From contig JACRKZ010000068.1 in NCBI GenBank assembly GCA_016235455.1, positions 14,682 to 78,681 on the forward strand: DNA of 64,000 bases, given 5' to 3'. The stretch is from Armatimonadota bacterium (GTDB lineage: Bacteria > Armatimonadota > UBA10988). Positions 19,810-29,845 of the stretch are shown here, one piece after another (the first letter of the stretch is position 1; each line of letters starts with the position of its first letter). The translations under genes were made by a program, and so were the position numbers. Below the pieces are notes generated by a model. That model saw only the letters and a program-made list of their open reading frames with translations, made no database searches and was not told the origin of the DNA.

Positions 19810-20731
19810 TGGCGCTCTGCACGTGGTCAGCGTGAGCATCGGCTCCAGCTCACGCGACAAGATCGTCGAAACGGATCTGGGCGGCCGGCACCTGGTCATC
19901 GAACGGCGCGGCACCGACGGTGACCTGGAACGCGCTCGCCAGCTCATCGCCGAGCTCGACGGCACGGTCGACGCCTTTGGCCTGGGCGGCACCGACCTCT
20001 ATCTGGTGGCCGCCGGCCGGCGCTACACCATCCGCGACGCGGCGCGCATCGCCTCGGCTGCCAAGCTGACCCCGGTACTCGACGGCAGCGGCCTCAAAGG
20101 CACCCTGGAGCCGGCGGCGGTGGCGCATCTGGAGCGCTCGGGCCAACTCGACCTGGCCCACTCCAAAGTGCTCGTGGTCACCGCCGTCGACCGCTTCGGC
20201 ATGGCCGAGGCGCTGGCCGAGCACGCACAGCAGATCGTCATCGGCGACCTGATGTTCAACCTCGGCCTGCCCATCGCCATCCGCGGCATGGCTACCTTGC
20301 AGCTCGTGGCCAAGGCCGTGCTGCCGTTGATCGTCCGCCTGCCTTTCAAGATGCTGTATCCTACCGGCGAGAAGCAGACGGCGATCACGCCCAAATGGGG
20401 CAAGTGGTACGCCTGGGCCGACGTCATCGCGGGTGATTTTCACATGATCCGGCGGTTCCTGCCGGCCGAGCCCGATGCGCTGGCGGGCAAGGTGGTCCTG
20501 ACCAACACCACCACCAGTGACGACGTCGAGCTGCTGCGCAGCCGCGGGCTGAGCCGGCTCATCACCACCACCCCGGTGTTCGACGGCCGCAGCTTCGGGA
20601 CCAATGTGATGGAGGCCGTGCTGACCGCGCTCGCGGGTCAGCGCGAGCCGCTCAGCCCTGACCAAATGCTGGCTCAGCTCGAGGCCTGGGGCTGGGAACC
20701 GACCGTGACCAGGCTGGATAGCACCGCATGA
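19799..20731 (+). CDS. Conserved hypothetical protein (often mis-annotated quinate 5-dehydrogenase), partner of the downstream reductase
   Basis: VVSVSIGSSSRD, RRGTDGD, DAFGLGG, DGSGLK, LYPTG, GRSFGTNVMEA; coupled to the next gene. Confidence 0.7.
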   Translation: MRPDGALHVVSVSIGSSSRDKIVETDLGGRHLVIERRGTDGDLERARQLIAELDGTVDAFGLGGTDLYLVAAGRRYTIRDAARIASAAKLTPVLDGSGLKGTLEPAAVAHLERSGQLDLAHSKVLVVTAVDRFGMAEALAEHAQQIVIGDLMFNLGLPIAIRGMATLQLVAKAVLPLIVRLPFKMLYPTGEKQTAITPKWGKWYAWADVIAGDFHMIRRFLPAEPDALAGKVVLTNTTTSDDVELLRSRGLSRLITTTPVFDGRSFGTNVMEAVLTALAGQREPLSPDQMLAQLEAWGWEPTVTRLDSTA

Positions 20732-21843
20732 ACCGTTTCGCCTTCATCGTCCACCCGATTGAGATCAAGGATTTCGCGCGGCGCTATCCGATCACCCGCT
20801 ACCTGCCCAGTCGGCTGGTGGAACGGCTCATGCGGCTCAAGAAGCCGGCGACCGTGGGCGAGATCAGCGGCATCCGCTCGGCCCACGACGGCTCCGAGGT
20901 GAGCGGCGTGTTCATCGGCTGCCCGCTGACCACGCGCGTCATGGCCGATGAGCCCGCCGAGCGCACACTGCCGACCATCATCGAATCGGCCCGCGTCGGC
21001 CAGGCCGAAGGCGCCGGCATCGTCGGCCTGGGCGCCATGACCTCGGTGGTTGGCGACGCCGGGCTGACCGTCAGCCGCAACGTATCCATCGCCGTGACCA
21101 CCGGCAACACCTACACCGTGGCCACCGCGCTGCAAGGCGCGCGCCGCGCCGCCGAGCTGATGGGCGTGACCATGAGCGAGGCGACCGTGGCCGTGCTCGG
21201 CGCCACCGGGTCCATCGGCAAGGTTTGTGCCCAGATCCTGGGCGACGAAGTGGCCCGCGTGGTGCTCGTGGTGCGCGATCTGGCCCGGGGCCTGGCCCTG
21301 GCCGACCAGCTCCAGCCGCACGCCAAGGCCACCATCGAGGTCAGCCGCGACCTGGACGACGTGCTGCCCACGGCCGACATCCTGGTCTGCGTGAGCGCCG
21401 CGGTGGACGCGCTGGTCCAGCCGCGCCACCTCAAGCGCGGCGCGGTCATCTGCGATGTGGCGCGTCCGCGCGACGTCTCCGTGGCCGTGGCCAAGCAGCG
21501 CGACGACGTTCTGGTCATCGAAGGCGGCGTCGTCAAGCCGCCGGGTGACAAGGTCGACCTCGGCCTCAACTTCGGCTTCCCGCCGGGCCTCATGTACGCC
21601 TGCATGGCCGAGACCTCGGTGCTGGCCCTGGCCGGCCGGTTCGAGAACTTCAGCCTCGGCCGCGACCTCGAACGCGCCAAGGTCGACGAGATCGCCGCTC
21701 TCGCGGCCCTGCATGGCTACGAGCTGGCGGGCTTTAGAAGCTTCGAGCGCGCACTCAGCATGGACGACATCGCAGGCATTCGGCAGCGCGCCGCCGGTCA
21801 GGCGCCGCCGGCAGCGCCTGACCGGCCGAGCAGCCCGCTCTAG
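20728..21843 (+). CDS. Long-chain acyl-ACP reductase-like oxidoreductase
   Basis: FAFIVHP, GLGAMTSVVG, TTGNTYT, VLGATGSIG, DVARPRD, YACMAE catalytic Cys, FSLGR. Confidence 0.75.
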   Translation: MNRFAFIVHPIEIKDFARRYPITRYLPSRLVERLMRLKKPATVGEISGIRSAHDGSEVSGVFIGCPLTTRVMADEPAERTLPTIIESARVGQAEGAGIVGLGAMTSVVGDAGLTVSRNVSIAVTTGNTYTVATALQGARRAAELMGVTMSEATVAVLGATGSIGKVCAQILGDEVARVVLVVRDLARGLALADQLQPHAKATIEVSRDLDDVLPTADILVCVSAAVDALVQPRHLKRGAVICDVARPRDVSVAVAKQRDDVLVIEGGVVKPPGDKVDLGLNFGFPPGLMYACMAETSVLALAGRFENFSLGRDLERAKVDEIAALAALHGYELAGFRSFERALSMDDIAGIRQRAAGQAPPAAPDRPSSPL

Positions 21844-23570
21844 AACTGCACGAACAGAGCGTTCTGGCGCGCGCCGGTCGTGGCCGACAGGTAGGCGCCG
21901 TCACCGGAGATGATGGTGGCGAACAGCCGGCCCAGCGCACTCACACCGGTGGTGGCGAACATCGGCTGACCGCCCGTGCCCGGCTTGCTGTTGGTCAGGT
22001 TGATCGGCGGCCACCAGATGCCTTGTCCATCCGACACGGTCAGGTAGAGGTCGAAGTACGGTGACCCGGCGTTGCGGTCGGGACAGACCGTGGCCATCAC
22101 CGCCATGCGGCCATGCGGCAGCGCGACCGCGTGCCACGAGACGATCTTCCCGCTGGCGTTGGCGCACTCGATGACCGACGCCGGTTCGCCCAGCCGGCCC
22201 TCGTGCAGCGTGTAGTCGCGAATGCACGGCACGGCGATCTTCTCTGGCGCACGCAGCACATGCACCTCGCCGCGGGTGTCGGTCAGCAGCGCCGGCGGGT
22301 CGTTCCAGGTCGGGTAGCTCTGGTACTTTTCGTACTCATAGAGCCGATGCAGTGTCTGGCCGTCCCAGAACACCAGCCGCCGCCCGGTCTGTTGGTCGGA
22401 GGCGCCCTCGGCCACACCGGGGTGCTCGCCCAGAAAGGCCATCGTGCCGTCGGCGCGCAGCATGGCCTGCAGGTTCAAGATGCCCTCGCGCCGCGGCCGG
22501 CGGTCGTCACCGGGGATGGGATGACCGGCGGCGTCGGCCGCGGCGATCTCGGCCTCGGTGGGCAGCGGCTTGGGCGTGATGAGCACGCGCCGCGCGGCCA
22601 GGCCATTGCCCTCCAGCCGCGCGGTGACCACCTGGTTGCAGTACTGGAAGAAGGTCCAGTTGTTCATCGCGCGCATGGCATCGGCTGGGGTCTGGCTCCA
22701 CAACAGGTGCAGCGAGCCGTCGGCGGCAGTGGTCAGCGACCAGGAGAAGCCGGGCGTGGCCGGGTCGGTCACATTGACCGGCGGCGACCACACCCCGTTG
22801 GCCAGGCAGCGGAAGACGATCTGCCCGGTGGCATAGCCGCCCGGTCCGTCGATGACGTCGTTGACCGCCATGTACTTCCAGACCGCGTAGATCCTGCCGG
22901 CGGCGTCCTGGGCGAGCCGCGCGTAGCTGGCGGTACGGCCGCTCTCGTCATCGCTCAGGTTCTTGGCCGGGCTCCAGGTGGCGCCGCCGTCGCTGCTGGC
23001 ACGGTAGTAGAGGTAGTAGGCGTGCGAGCTGTCGGCGCGCTCGTTGAACACCGCATGCAGGCTGCCATCGCGCGCCGCGAGCGTGTCGGCATACTGGCAG
23101 CCGCCCAGCGCCGACAGGCGCACGGGTTTGACCGGCTGGCCGTCGGCCGTCTTGCCGTCGGGCTTGGGCAGGTCGGGCAAGGCTTTCCCGCCGCCGGCGC
23201 CCGCGGCGGCGCCGAGCACCTGCTTCTGCTCATCGGTCAGCGCTGGCGGCGCGCCGGTGCGCTGCGTTGGCGCCAGGCTGGCCTCACGCAACGCGGCGGC
23301 GGCCAGGTCGGCCTTGCCCTGACCGCGGAAAGCCTTGGCTAACGCCGACCAGGCTTCCTTGTAGCGCGGCTCGAGCCGGCAGGCCTCCTTGAGCGAGGCC
23401 TCGGCGTCGGCGAACTTCTGGTCGGTCAACTGGTCCAGCCCCTGGTCGAACCATTCCGACGCGGTTCGGTCGGCGGCGCGGGCACCAGGCAGGCAGACCA
23501 ACGCGAGTAGCAGGTACGACAGGGCATGACGGATCGTCAACGGGCGTCTCCAGGTACGTCGCGCGCTCAT
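21840..23570 (-). CDS. Secreted TPR plus BNR/sialidase-like beta-propeller protein
   Basis: Signal peptide, N-terminal TPR, SSDGGATWS Asp-box. Confidence 0.7.
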   Translation of the reverse strand: MSARRTWRRPLTIRHALSYLLLALVCLPGARAADRTASEWFDQGLDQLTDQKFADAEASLKEACRLEPRYKEAWSALAKAFRGQGKADLAAAALREASLAPTQRTGAPPALTDEQKQVLGAAAGAGGGKALPDLPKPDGKTADGQPVKPVRLSALGGCQYADTLAARDGSLHAVFNERADSSHAYYLYYRASSDGGATWSPAKNLSDDESGRTASYARLAQDAAGRIYAVWKYMAVNDVIDGPGGYATGQIVFRCLANGVWSPPVNVTDPATPGFSWSLTTAADGSLHLLWSQTPADAMRAMNNWTFFQYCNQVVTARLEGNGLAARRVLITPKPLPTEAEIAAADAAGHPIPGDDRRPRREGILNLQAMLRADGTMAFLGEHPGVAEGASDQQTGRRLVFWDGQTLHRLYEYEKYQSYPTWNDPPALLTDTRGEVHVLRAPEKIAVPCIRDYTLHEGRLGEPASVIECANASGKIVSWHAVALPHGRMAVMATVCPDRNAGSPYFDLYLTVSDGQGIWWPPINLTNSKPGTGGQPMFATTGVSALGRLFATIISGDGAYLSATTGARQNALFVQF

Positions 23571-23611
23571 TGTTGTGCGCGAGCCGCCGCGAGGTACCCT
23601 GGAATTGGGAT

Positions 23612-23647
23612 GCGGGCCATCGGTCGACTGTGCAGCCGATGGCCCGC
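23612..23647. terminator. 12-bp stem-loop downstream of the lipoprotein gene
   Basis: GCGGGCCATCGG...CCGATGGCCCGC. Confidence 0.4.
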
Positions 23648-23652
23648 GACGT

Positions 23653-24498
23653 CTAGCGACGGCGATCGTCAGCGGATCGGCCCACGGCGACCGAGTAGGT
23701 GATGGTCCGCTCGTACGTCTCGCCCGCCACCACGTCGATCGTCAGGTTGGCCGGCCGGTACCACCCGTTCACGTACTTGTAGCTGATCTCGTGGCTGCCG
23801 GGCTCGACCGCCACCGACGCGCCACTGTCGTGGAAGGTGCCACCATCGATCGCCCACTGAGCCCCCGCGGCTCGCACCCCGGCGGGCTCGCACACCACAC
23901 GCACGGTGCCGGTAGTGGCAGGGATGAGAGTGTAGGCGGCACTCACCGTGGAAGTGGCGCCAGCAGTCACGGTGACCGTCTGGTTGGCCGGCGTGGTGTA
24001 GCCCTCGACGGCAGTGAAGGCGACCGTGTGATCACCAGCAGCCACGTCAGTGAGCGGCGTACCGGACGCATGCTGCGTGGCACCGCCATCGAGCGTCCAC
24101 TTGGCGCCAGCGGTCACCGCGCCGGCCGGCGTGATGTTCACCGTGACCGTGCCCGTGGTCGGGACGATCGGCGTGTAGACACCGGTAGCGCGCGAGGCAT
24201 TGCCTTGAGACACCCAGACTGTAGCCTCGGCCGGCGTCTGGTAGCCGGCTACCGTTTTGTATGACACCGTGCACGGGAACGGCGGAAGGCCTTCCACCAC
24301 ATCGCCCGAGGCATGCTCGGTGCCGTTCAGCACCCATTTGGCGCCAGCGGTGACAGCGCCCGCCGGCAGGATCTCCACGGTCAACGTGCCAAAGTAGTTG
24401 GGCAATGTGGTGCCTCCGCCGCACCCGCTGACCATCATCCATGGGACCAGCAGGCAACCAACGACGAGACAGAACCTTTTCAGCAAGCAACTTCGCAT
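23653..24498 (-). CDS. Lipoprotein with three PEGA-like beta-sandwich repeats
   Basis: Lipobox VSGC; three repeats GTxxVxxxPAGxxxAGAxWxxxG...GYxTP/GWYRP. Confidence 0.75.
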   Translation of the reverse strand: MRSCLLKRFCLVVGCLLVPWMMVSGCGGGTTLPNYFGTLTVEILPAGAVTAGAKWVLNGTEHASGDVVEGLPPFPCTVSYKTVAGYQTPAEATVWVSQGNASRATGVYTPIVPTTGTVTVNITPAGAVTAGAKWTLDGGATQHASGTPLTDVAAGDHTVAFTAVEGYTTPANQTVTVTAGATSTVSAAYTLIPATTGTVRVVCEPAGVRAAGAQWAIDGGTFHDSGASVAVEPGSHEISYKYVNGWYRPANLTIDVVAGETYERTITYSVAVGRSADDRRR

Positions 24499-24508
24499 CT
24501 GTCGCTCC

Positions 24509-24631
24509 TTACACGCCAGAGCTGGCGCCAGGCCGGCCGGTGTATGAGCAAGCAAGACCGAGCAGCGTGACGACCAAGAGCAGGACCACCCGCCAGCAGG
24601 TCCGCGCAGCAGAGCCCCGGACCTGTGACAT
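24509..24631 (-). CDS. 40-aa small ORF resembling a lipoprotein signal peptide
   Basis: MSQVRGSAARTCWRVVLLLVVTLLGLACSYTGRPGASSGV; its TAA overlaps the AGGAG site of the next gene. Confidence 0.35.
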   Translation of the reverse strand: MSQVRGSAARTCWRVVLLLVVTLLGLACSYTGRPGASSGV

Positions 24632-24757
24632 GGCGTGCAGTGTAGCCGCGACAAGTGGGCGTTTCAAGTCATATTATGGTCATACACCAGATAAACACAA
24701 ATGCGATCAGAGGCCTAAAGAAGCCGCCGATGCGGCCGATTGCTCGCGCCGCATGCC

Positions 24758-27736
24758 CTATTCAGCCGCGTCGTAGACCTTGGTGCCGTTCTGGCGCGCG
24801 GCGCGCGCGCGGCGGTCCATCTGGGCCAGGCGCTCATACTTGGCCTCGCGCCGCTGGTCCACCTCGCACATCTGGAAGCCCTCGGCGTCGCATTCGGGCT
24901 TCTTGGCCAGTTGGTCGCGACCGGCGCGCACAATGCCCAGCGCCTCGGCGTAGCCCGCCGCATCCCGCTCGCGCAGCGCCACCAGCGCGGGGCTCATCTC
25001 GGGTCGGTCGAAGCTGATCTGCGGACCGCGGTTGCTACCGAAGCCGGCCAGATCGAAGAACCGGAGGCCGGTCAGTTCGCCCAGGCGGTTGACACGGTCG
25101 TTGGGCAGCGGGCAGCGGCCGGCCAGGTTGTCGGGATAGGCACTGGCGTAGCTGGGGTAGTACGGCGCGTTGAGGTCGACCCAGGTGACAATGCGGTCGT
25201 AGCTCTCGGCATCGAGCTTGACGCCGTAATGGTCGGACTCGATGGCCTTGACCAGCCGACTGGCGTGGCTGCCCCACGACTTGGCCGGCAGGTTCTGGTG
25301 TGGGCCCGCGCCGGCCACCTTGACCAGCCCCTTGCGCCACAGTTCGTTGTACGCGGCGTTGAAGGTCAGGTCGCGGTCGCCCGCCAGGACCACGGCCTTG
25401 GCACCCGCGCCGCCCCAGTCGTGACACGGCAGGCACTGGCGGTCGAAGACCGGCTGCACTTCCGCGCGGAAGCCGAACTCGCGCGTGGGGCCGTGCCATT
25501 CGCGCAGCGTCGCGGGCGACTTGGCGGCCGCGCGTTTGGCCTTGGGCGCGCCGAGCCGGTTGTCGTGGCAGCCCACGCAGCCCGCGCGCTCGCCCGGCTG
25601 CACCAGGGTACCGCTGCGCATGGACTGCACCATGCGGCCGCGCTCGTCGAGCAGCTGGAAGTAGACGAACTTGCCCGACGGCACGCTGAAGTACGCGCTG
25701 CCATCGGGCTCGACCGGTACGGTGCCGAGGATGCGCTTGTTGTTGAAGTCGTGCCAGTCCATGGCCGGCGCGGCGATGCCCTGGCCGCCCCAGGCCTGCG
25801 AGGCCCAGAAGCGCTTCTCGGGCGACTCCACCACACGCAGCGTCTTCACCTCGCCGCGCTTGACCCCGGCCATGTGCGTGCCGTCGTAGACATCGTCCAC
25901 GTAGAACAGGCCGTCGCCGTCGCCCCACTCGCGCCGCACGGGAATGGCCGGCGGTCGCGGCCGCGAGCGCAGCGGCATAGGATCGAAGCAGCCGGCGCCT
26001 TCGATGTGCAGCAGCGTCTCGTTGCCCCAGGTGTCGAGCACATAGATGCCCATCTGCTCGCCTTCGCCAGTCATCCGCGAGCAGAGGATGAACTGGTCAT
26101 CGAGCGGATAGGGATCCTCGTACTTGGGCCGCAAACCGGTGTAGGAATCGAATCCGCCCTGGTCGACGCGATCGATGGCGCCAGCCGGCCAGGTGCGCAC
26201 CACGCCGCGCTTGCCGTCGATGGCCTGGCGCCGATCAACGATGGCGATGGCGCCCCACGGCCGGTCATGGCACGAGGTGAAGGTGCAGACCACGGTCTCG
26301 CCGCCGGGCTGGCCCGGCCGGCCGGGCATGGGCCGCGCATCGATCACGCCGCCCGGCGAACTGGTGTTGTTGCCCCAGTAGACCACGTGGTTGGTGCCGT
26401 CGGGGTTGGCCGTCCACAGGCCCTGGCCGTCACCGAAGTTGCGGTCGACATACTCCCAGCGGTCATAGAGCACACGGCCGTCGGGCAGCAGCGCGCCATG
26501 GCCCTCGAACAGCGTGTTGCGCCCGATCTGGGTGATGTTGGCGCCGTCCGGCTCCATCAGGCACAAGTTGGCCATGATGTGACGGTTGCACATGCAGTAC
26601 TTGGGCTCGCGCGTGCCCGAGAAGAGGATCTGGTCGGTCGGCAGGTAGAGCGGGTCGATGTCGCTCACACCGGGCAAGCGCGTGAGCTGCCGCAGGCCCT
26701 GGCCGTCGGCACCCACCTCGTAGATGTGGTAGTCGTCCTTGATGTCGCGCCGCATGGAGAACAGCACTCGCTGGCCGTCGAAATGCACTTCCGGGTCACG
26801 AGCGATGCCGGTTGGCGCGTCAACCAGCACGCGGCTCTGGTCGCTGGCCACGTCGAGCAGCCGCAGCGAGCCGCCGCCCACGAAGCTGCCGGTGTTGATC
26901 TCATTGGTCTGGAACATCGTCTCGGTGTTGTGGTGGTCTGGGCGGTACTGGGCACGCGACACGAAGACCAGCGGGTGCGCCAGCTCGGGATGCGCGGCCA
27001 ACGCCTCGCGCCGCAGCGCGGCCAGCGCTTCGGGGTCGGGGTCGGCGCCCAAGGCCTGCACCTTGGCCAGCAGCGCGGCGGCGTTCGGGTAGCGCGGGCC
27101 GTAGGCCGTCCGCAGCCCCTCGATGGCGGCCTTGAGGCTGGCCGGCGTGCCCGCACCGAGGCGGGAGTCGGCGCCAAGCACGCGCTTGTGGCTCGCCCGG
27201 AGCTTGGCCGTGGCGTCGGCATCGATGGTGCCGCTCAGGTGCACATCATCGATGGTCACATGGCCCCAGCCGCCGTTCTGGCCGTCGATCAGCCGCAGGT
27301 AGACCAGTTGCCCGACCCACGGTGTCGCGTCCCACGTCACGCGCTGCAGCGCCTCGTCGTTGATGCCGTGGGCGGTGAGCAGCGCCTTGCCCGACACGTC
27401 GCACAACTGCGCGGCGGTATCGGCATGGCTGCCACCGCCGACCATCAGGCGCACAGCGCCGGCTTCGAGCCGCACCACGGGTGACTCGATCACGCCCGTG
27501 TAGACATCCGAGCAGGTCTGCTGCGGTGTCTCGAGCGTGGACAGGAACCACGTGCCCTGCTTGGCGACGTACGGCTGACCCGTGTTGCGGTAGCGCTCGG
27601 GCCGCGCCAGAAGCGCGCCGAAGCTGCCTTCGGTCACCTTCCAGCCCTGCATGTCGCCGGTCTCGAAGTCCCAGACGATCTCGGCGCCCCAGGTGCAGGT
27701 CACAACGGCCACAGCCAGGCTCAGCCAACGCCACAT
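24758..27736 (-). CDS. Secreted HzsA-middle-domain/beta-propeller protein with two CxxCH motifs
   Basis: Signal peptide, WGHVTIDD CBM-like domain, YDRWEYVDR, VEPDGSAYF, VQSMRS, CVGCH, CLPCH. Confidence 0.8.
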   Translation of the reverse strand: MWRWLSLAVAVVTCTWGAEIVWDFETGDMQGWKVTEGSFGALLARPERYRNTGQPYVAKQGTWFLSTLETPQQTCSDVYTGVIESPVVRLEAGAVRLMVGGGSHADTAAQLCDVSGKALLTAHGINDEALQRVTWDATPWVGQLVYLRLIDGQNGGWGHVTIDDVHLSGTIDADATAKLRASHKRVLGADSRLGAGTPASLKAAIEGLRTAYGPRYPNAAALLAKVQALGADPDPEALAALRREALAAHPELAHPLVFVSRAQYRPDHHNTETMFQTNEINTGSFVGGGSLRLLDVASDQSRVLVDAPTGIARDPEVHFDGQRVLFSMRRDIKDDYHIYEVGADGQGLRQLTRLPGVSDIDPLYLPTDQILFSGTREPKYCMCNRHIMANLCLMEPDGANITQIGRNTLFEGHGALLPDGRVLYDRWEYVDRNFGDGQGLWTANPDGTNHVVYWGNNTSSPGGVIDARPMPGRPGQPGGETVVCTFTSCHDRPWGAIAIVDRRQAIDGKRGVVRTWPAGAIDRVDQGGFDSYTGLRPKYEDPYPLDDQFILCSRMTGEGEQMGIYVLDTWGNETLLHIEGAGCFDPMPLRSRPRPPAIPVRREWGDGDGLFYVDDVYDGTHMAGVKRGEVKTLRVVESPEKRFWASQAWGGQGIAAPAMDWHDFNNKRILGTVPVEPDGSAYFSVPSGKFVYFQLLDERGRMVQSMRSGTLVQPGERAGCVGCHDNRLGAPKAKRAAAKSPATLREWHGPTREFGFRAEVQPVFDRQCLPCHDWGGAGAKAVVLAGDRDLTFNAAYNELWRKGLVKVAGAGPHQNLPAKSWGSHASRLVKAIESDHYGVKLDAESYDRIVTWVDLNAPYYPSYASAYPDNLAGRCPLPNDRVNRLGELTGLRFFDLAGFGSNRGPQISFDRPEMSPALVALRERDAAGYAEALGIVRAGRDQLAKKPECDAEGFQMCEVDQRREAKYERLAQMDRRARAARQNGTKVYDAAE

Positions 27737-27800
27737 GGCAACGTCTCCACAGTTGACATCAGAGTACCATCGTCGCATCCTCGTTGACCAGGAGCCCGCC

Positions 27801-29840
27801 ATGCAGTACCCGGCCACCCGCCACGACGACACCGTGATCGACGACTACCACGGCACGTTGGTGCCCGACCCCTACCGGTGGCTGGAAGACCCCAATAGCG
27901 ACGAGACCGGCGCCTGGGTGGCCGCGCAGAACGAGGTCACCTTCGGCTATCTGCGCGACCTGCCGCACCGCGGGCCGATCGCCGAACGGCTGGAGCAGGT
28001 CTGGGACTACCCCAAGCGTGGGCTGCCCTTCCGCACCGGCGGGCGGTGGTTCCAGTATCGCAACAGCGGTCTGCAGAACCAGAGTGTGCTGTACGTCGGC
28101 GACGCGCCCGACGGCGAGTTCCGCGAGTTGCTCGACCCCAACGCTCTGTCGGCCGAGGGCACCGTGGCGCTGGGCGGCATCGCCGTCAGCGAGAACGGCG
28201 CCTATCTGGCCTACAGCCTGTCGTCGGCCGGCAGCGACTGGCAGACCTGGCGGGTGCGCGACATCGCCACCGGCACCGACCTGCCCGACGAGCTGACCTG
28301 GTCCAAGTTCTCCGGCGCCAGCTGGAGCCACGACCACGCCGGCTTCTACTACAGCCGCTACGACGCGCCGGCGGCGGGCGAGGAGTACTCGAGCACCAAC
28401 CTCAACCAGAAGCTCTGCTACCACCGCCTGGGCACGCCGCAGGCCGATGACGTGGTGGTCTATGAGCGCCCGGATCACCCGCAATGGGGCTTTGGCGGAC
28501 ACGTCACCGACGACGGCCGCTACCTGGTGATCAGCGTCTGGAACGGCACGCAGCAAGAGAACGCGGTCTTCTACTGCGACCTGGCCGAGCCCGGCGCGCC
28601 GGTGGTTGAGCTGCTGGCCGCATGGGACGCGCGCTGGAGCCTGGTCGACAACGATGGCGAGCGGTTCTGGCTGTTCACCAACAAGGACGCGCCCCGCAGC
28701 CGGCTGGTGGCCATCGACCTGAGCGCGCCGGACACGCTGGTCGAACTCATTGCCGAGGATGCGGACAATCTGCTGGGCCTCAGCCGCGTGGGTGACCGCT
28801 TCTTCGCCACGTACCTGCACGACGCCCACAGCCGAGTGGTCTGTCACGCTTTAGACGGCACGCTCCTCGGTGAAGTCGCGCTGCCCGGACCGGGCACGGT
28901 GGGCGGCTTCGGCGGCCGGCGTGAGGACCAGCGCACCTGGTACGCGTTCACCAGCTTCACCGACCCCGGCGCCCAGTATGGCTACGATCTGGCCACCGGT
29001 GAGAGCACGCTGTTCTGGCGGCCGGAACTGGACTTCGACGGCTCGCGGTACGAGACCGAGCAGGTCTTCTTCGAGAGCCGCGACGGGACGCGTGTGCCCA
29101 TGTTCATCACGGGCAGCCGCCTGACCGAGCGCACCGGCGACCGGCCGGTCTACTTGTACGGCTACGGCGGGTTCAACATCCCTCTCACGCCGGGCTTCGC
29201 GGTGACCATGGTGCCGTGGCTGGAGCGTGACGCGCTGTATGTCGTGGTCAACCTGCGCGGCGGCGGTGAGTATGGACAGACCTGGCACGATGCTGGTCGC
29301 CTGCACGCCAAGCAGAACGTCTTCGACGACATGATCGCCGCGGCGGAGTACCTGTGCACCGAAGGCTACACCAACCCCGGCCGGATCGCCGTCGCCGGCG
29401 GCTCCAACGGCGGGTTGCTGGTGGGTGCCTGCATGACCCAGCGGCCGGATCTGTTCGGCTGCGCCCTGCCGGCGGTAGGCGTGATGGACATGCTCAGGTT
29501 CCAGCACTTCACCATCGGCTGGGCCTGGGTCAGCGACTACGGCAGCGCCGACAACGCCGACGACTTCGAAGTGCTGATGAGCTACTCGCCACTGCACAGC
29601 CTCCAGCCCGGCACGGCCTATCCGGCGACGCTGGTGACCACCAGCGACCACGACGACCGCGTGGTGCCCGCGCATAGCTTCAAGTTCGCGGCGGCGCTGC
29701 AGGCGGCGCAGGGCGGTGACGCGCCAACGCTGATCCGCATCGAGACGCAGGCCGGCCACGGCGCGGGCAAGCCCACCGCCAAGGTCATCGAGGAGGCCGC
29801 CGACCGCCTGGCGTTTGCGCTGGAGGCGCTGGGTAGCTAG
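27801..29840 (+). CDS. Prolyl oligopeptidase (S9A)
   Basis: DPYRWLED, YGYGGF, GGSNGG, HDDRV, AGHG. Confidence 0.95.
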   Translation: MQYPATRHDDTVIDDYHGTLVPDPYRWLEDPNSDETGAWVAAQNEVTFGYLRDLPHRGPIAERLEQVWDYPKRGLPFRTGGRWFQYRNSGLQNQSVLYVGDAPDGEFRELLDPNALSAEGTVALGGIAVSENGAYLAYSLSSAGSDWQTWRVRDIATGTDLPDELTWSKFSGASWSHDHAGFYYSRYDAPAAGEEYSSTNLNQKLCYHRLGTPQADDVVVYERPDHPQWGFGGHVTDDGRYLVISVWNGTQQENAVFYCDLAEPGAPVVELLAAWDARWSLVDNDGERFWLFTNKDAPRSRLVAIDLSAPDTLVELIAEDADNLLGLSRVGDRFFATYLHDAHSRVVCHALDGTLLGEVALPGPGTVGGFGGRREDQRTWYAFTSFTDPGAQYGYDLATGESTLFWRPELDFDGSRYETEQVFFESRDGTRVPMFITGSRLTERTGDRPVYLYGYGGFNIPLTPGFAVTMVPWLERDALYVVVNLRGGGEYGQTWHDAGRLHAKQNVFDDMIAAAEYLCTEGYTNPGRIAVAGGSNGGLLVGACMTQRPDLFGCALPAVGVMDMLRFQHFTIGWAWVSDYGSADNADDFEVLMSYSPLHSLQPGTAYPATLVTTSDHDDRVVPAHSFKFAAALQAAQGGDAPTLIRIETQAGHGAGKPTAKVIEEAADRLAFALEALGS

Positions 29841-29845
29841 ACGGC

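Noticed and set aside
24758-27736. Anammox hydrazine synthase
   Set aside because: Only the HzsA-like domain is present; no hzsB/hzsC/hdh context.
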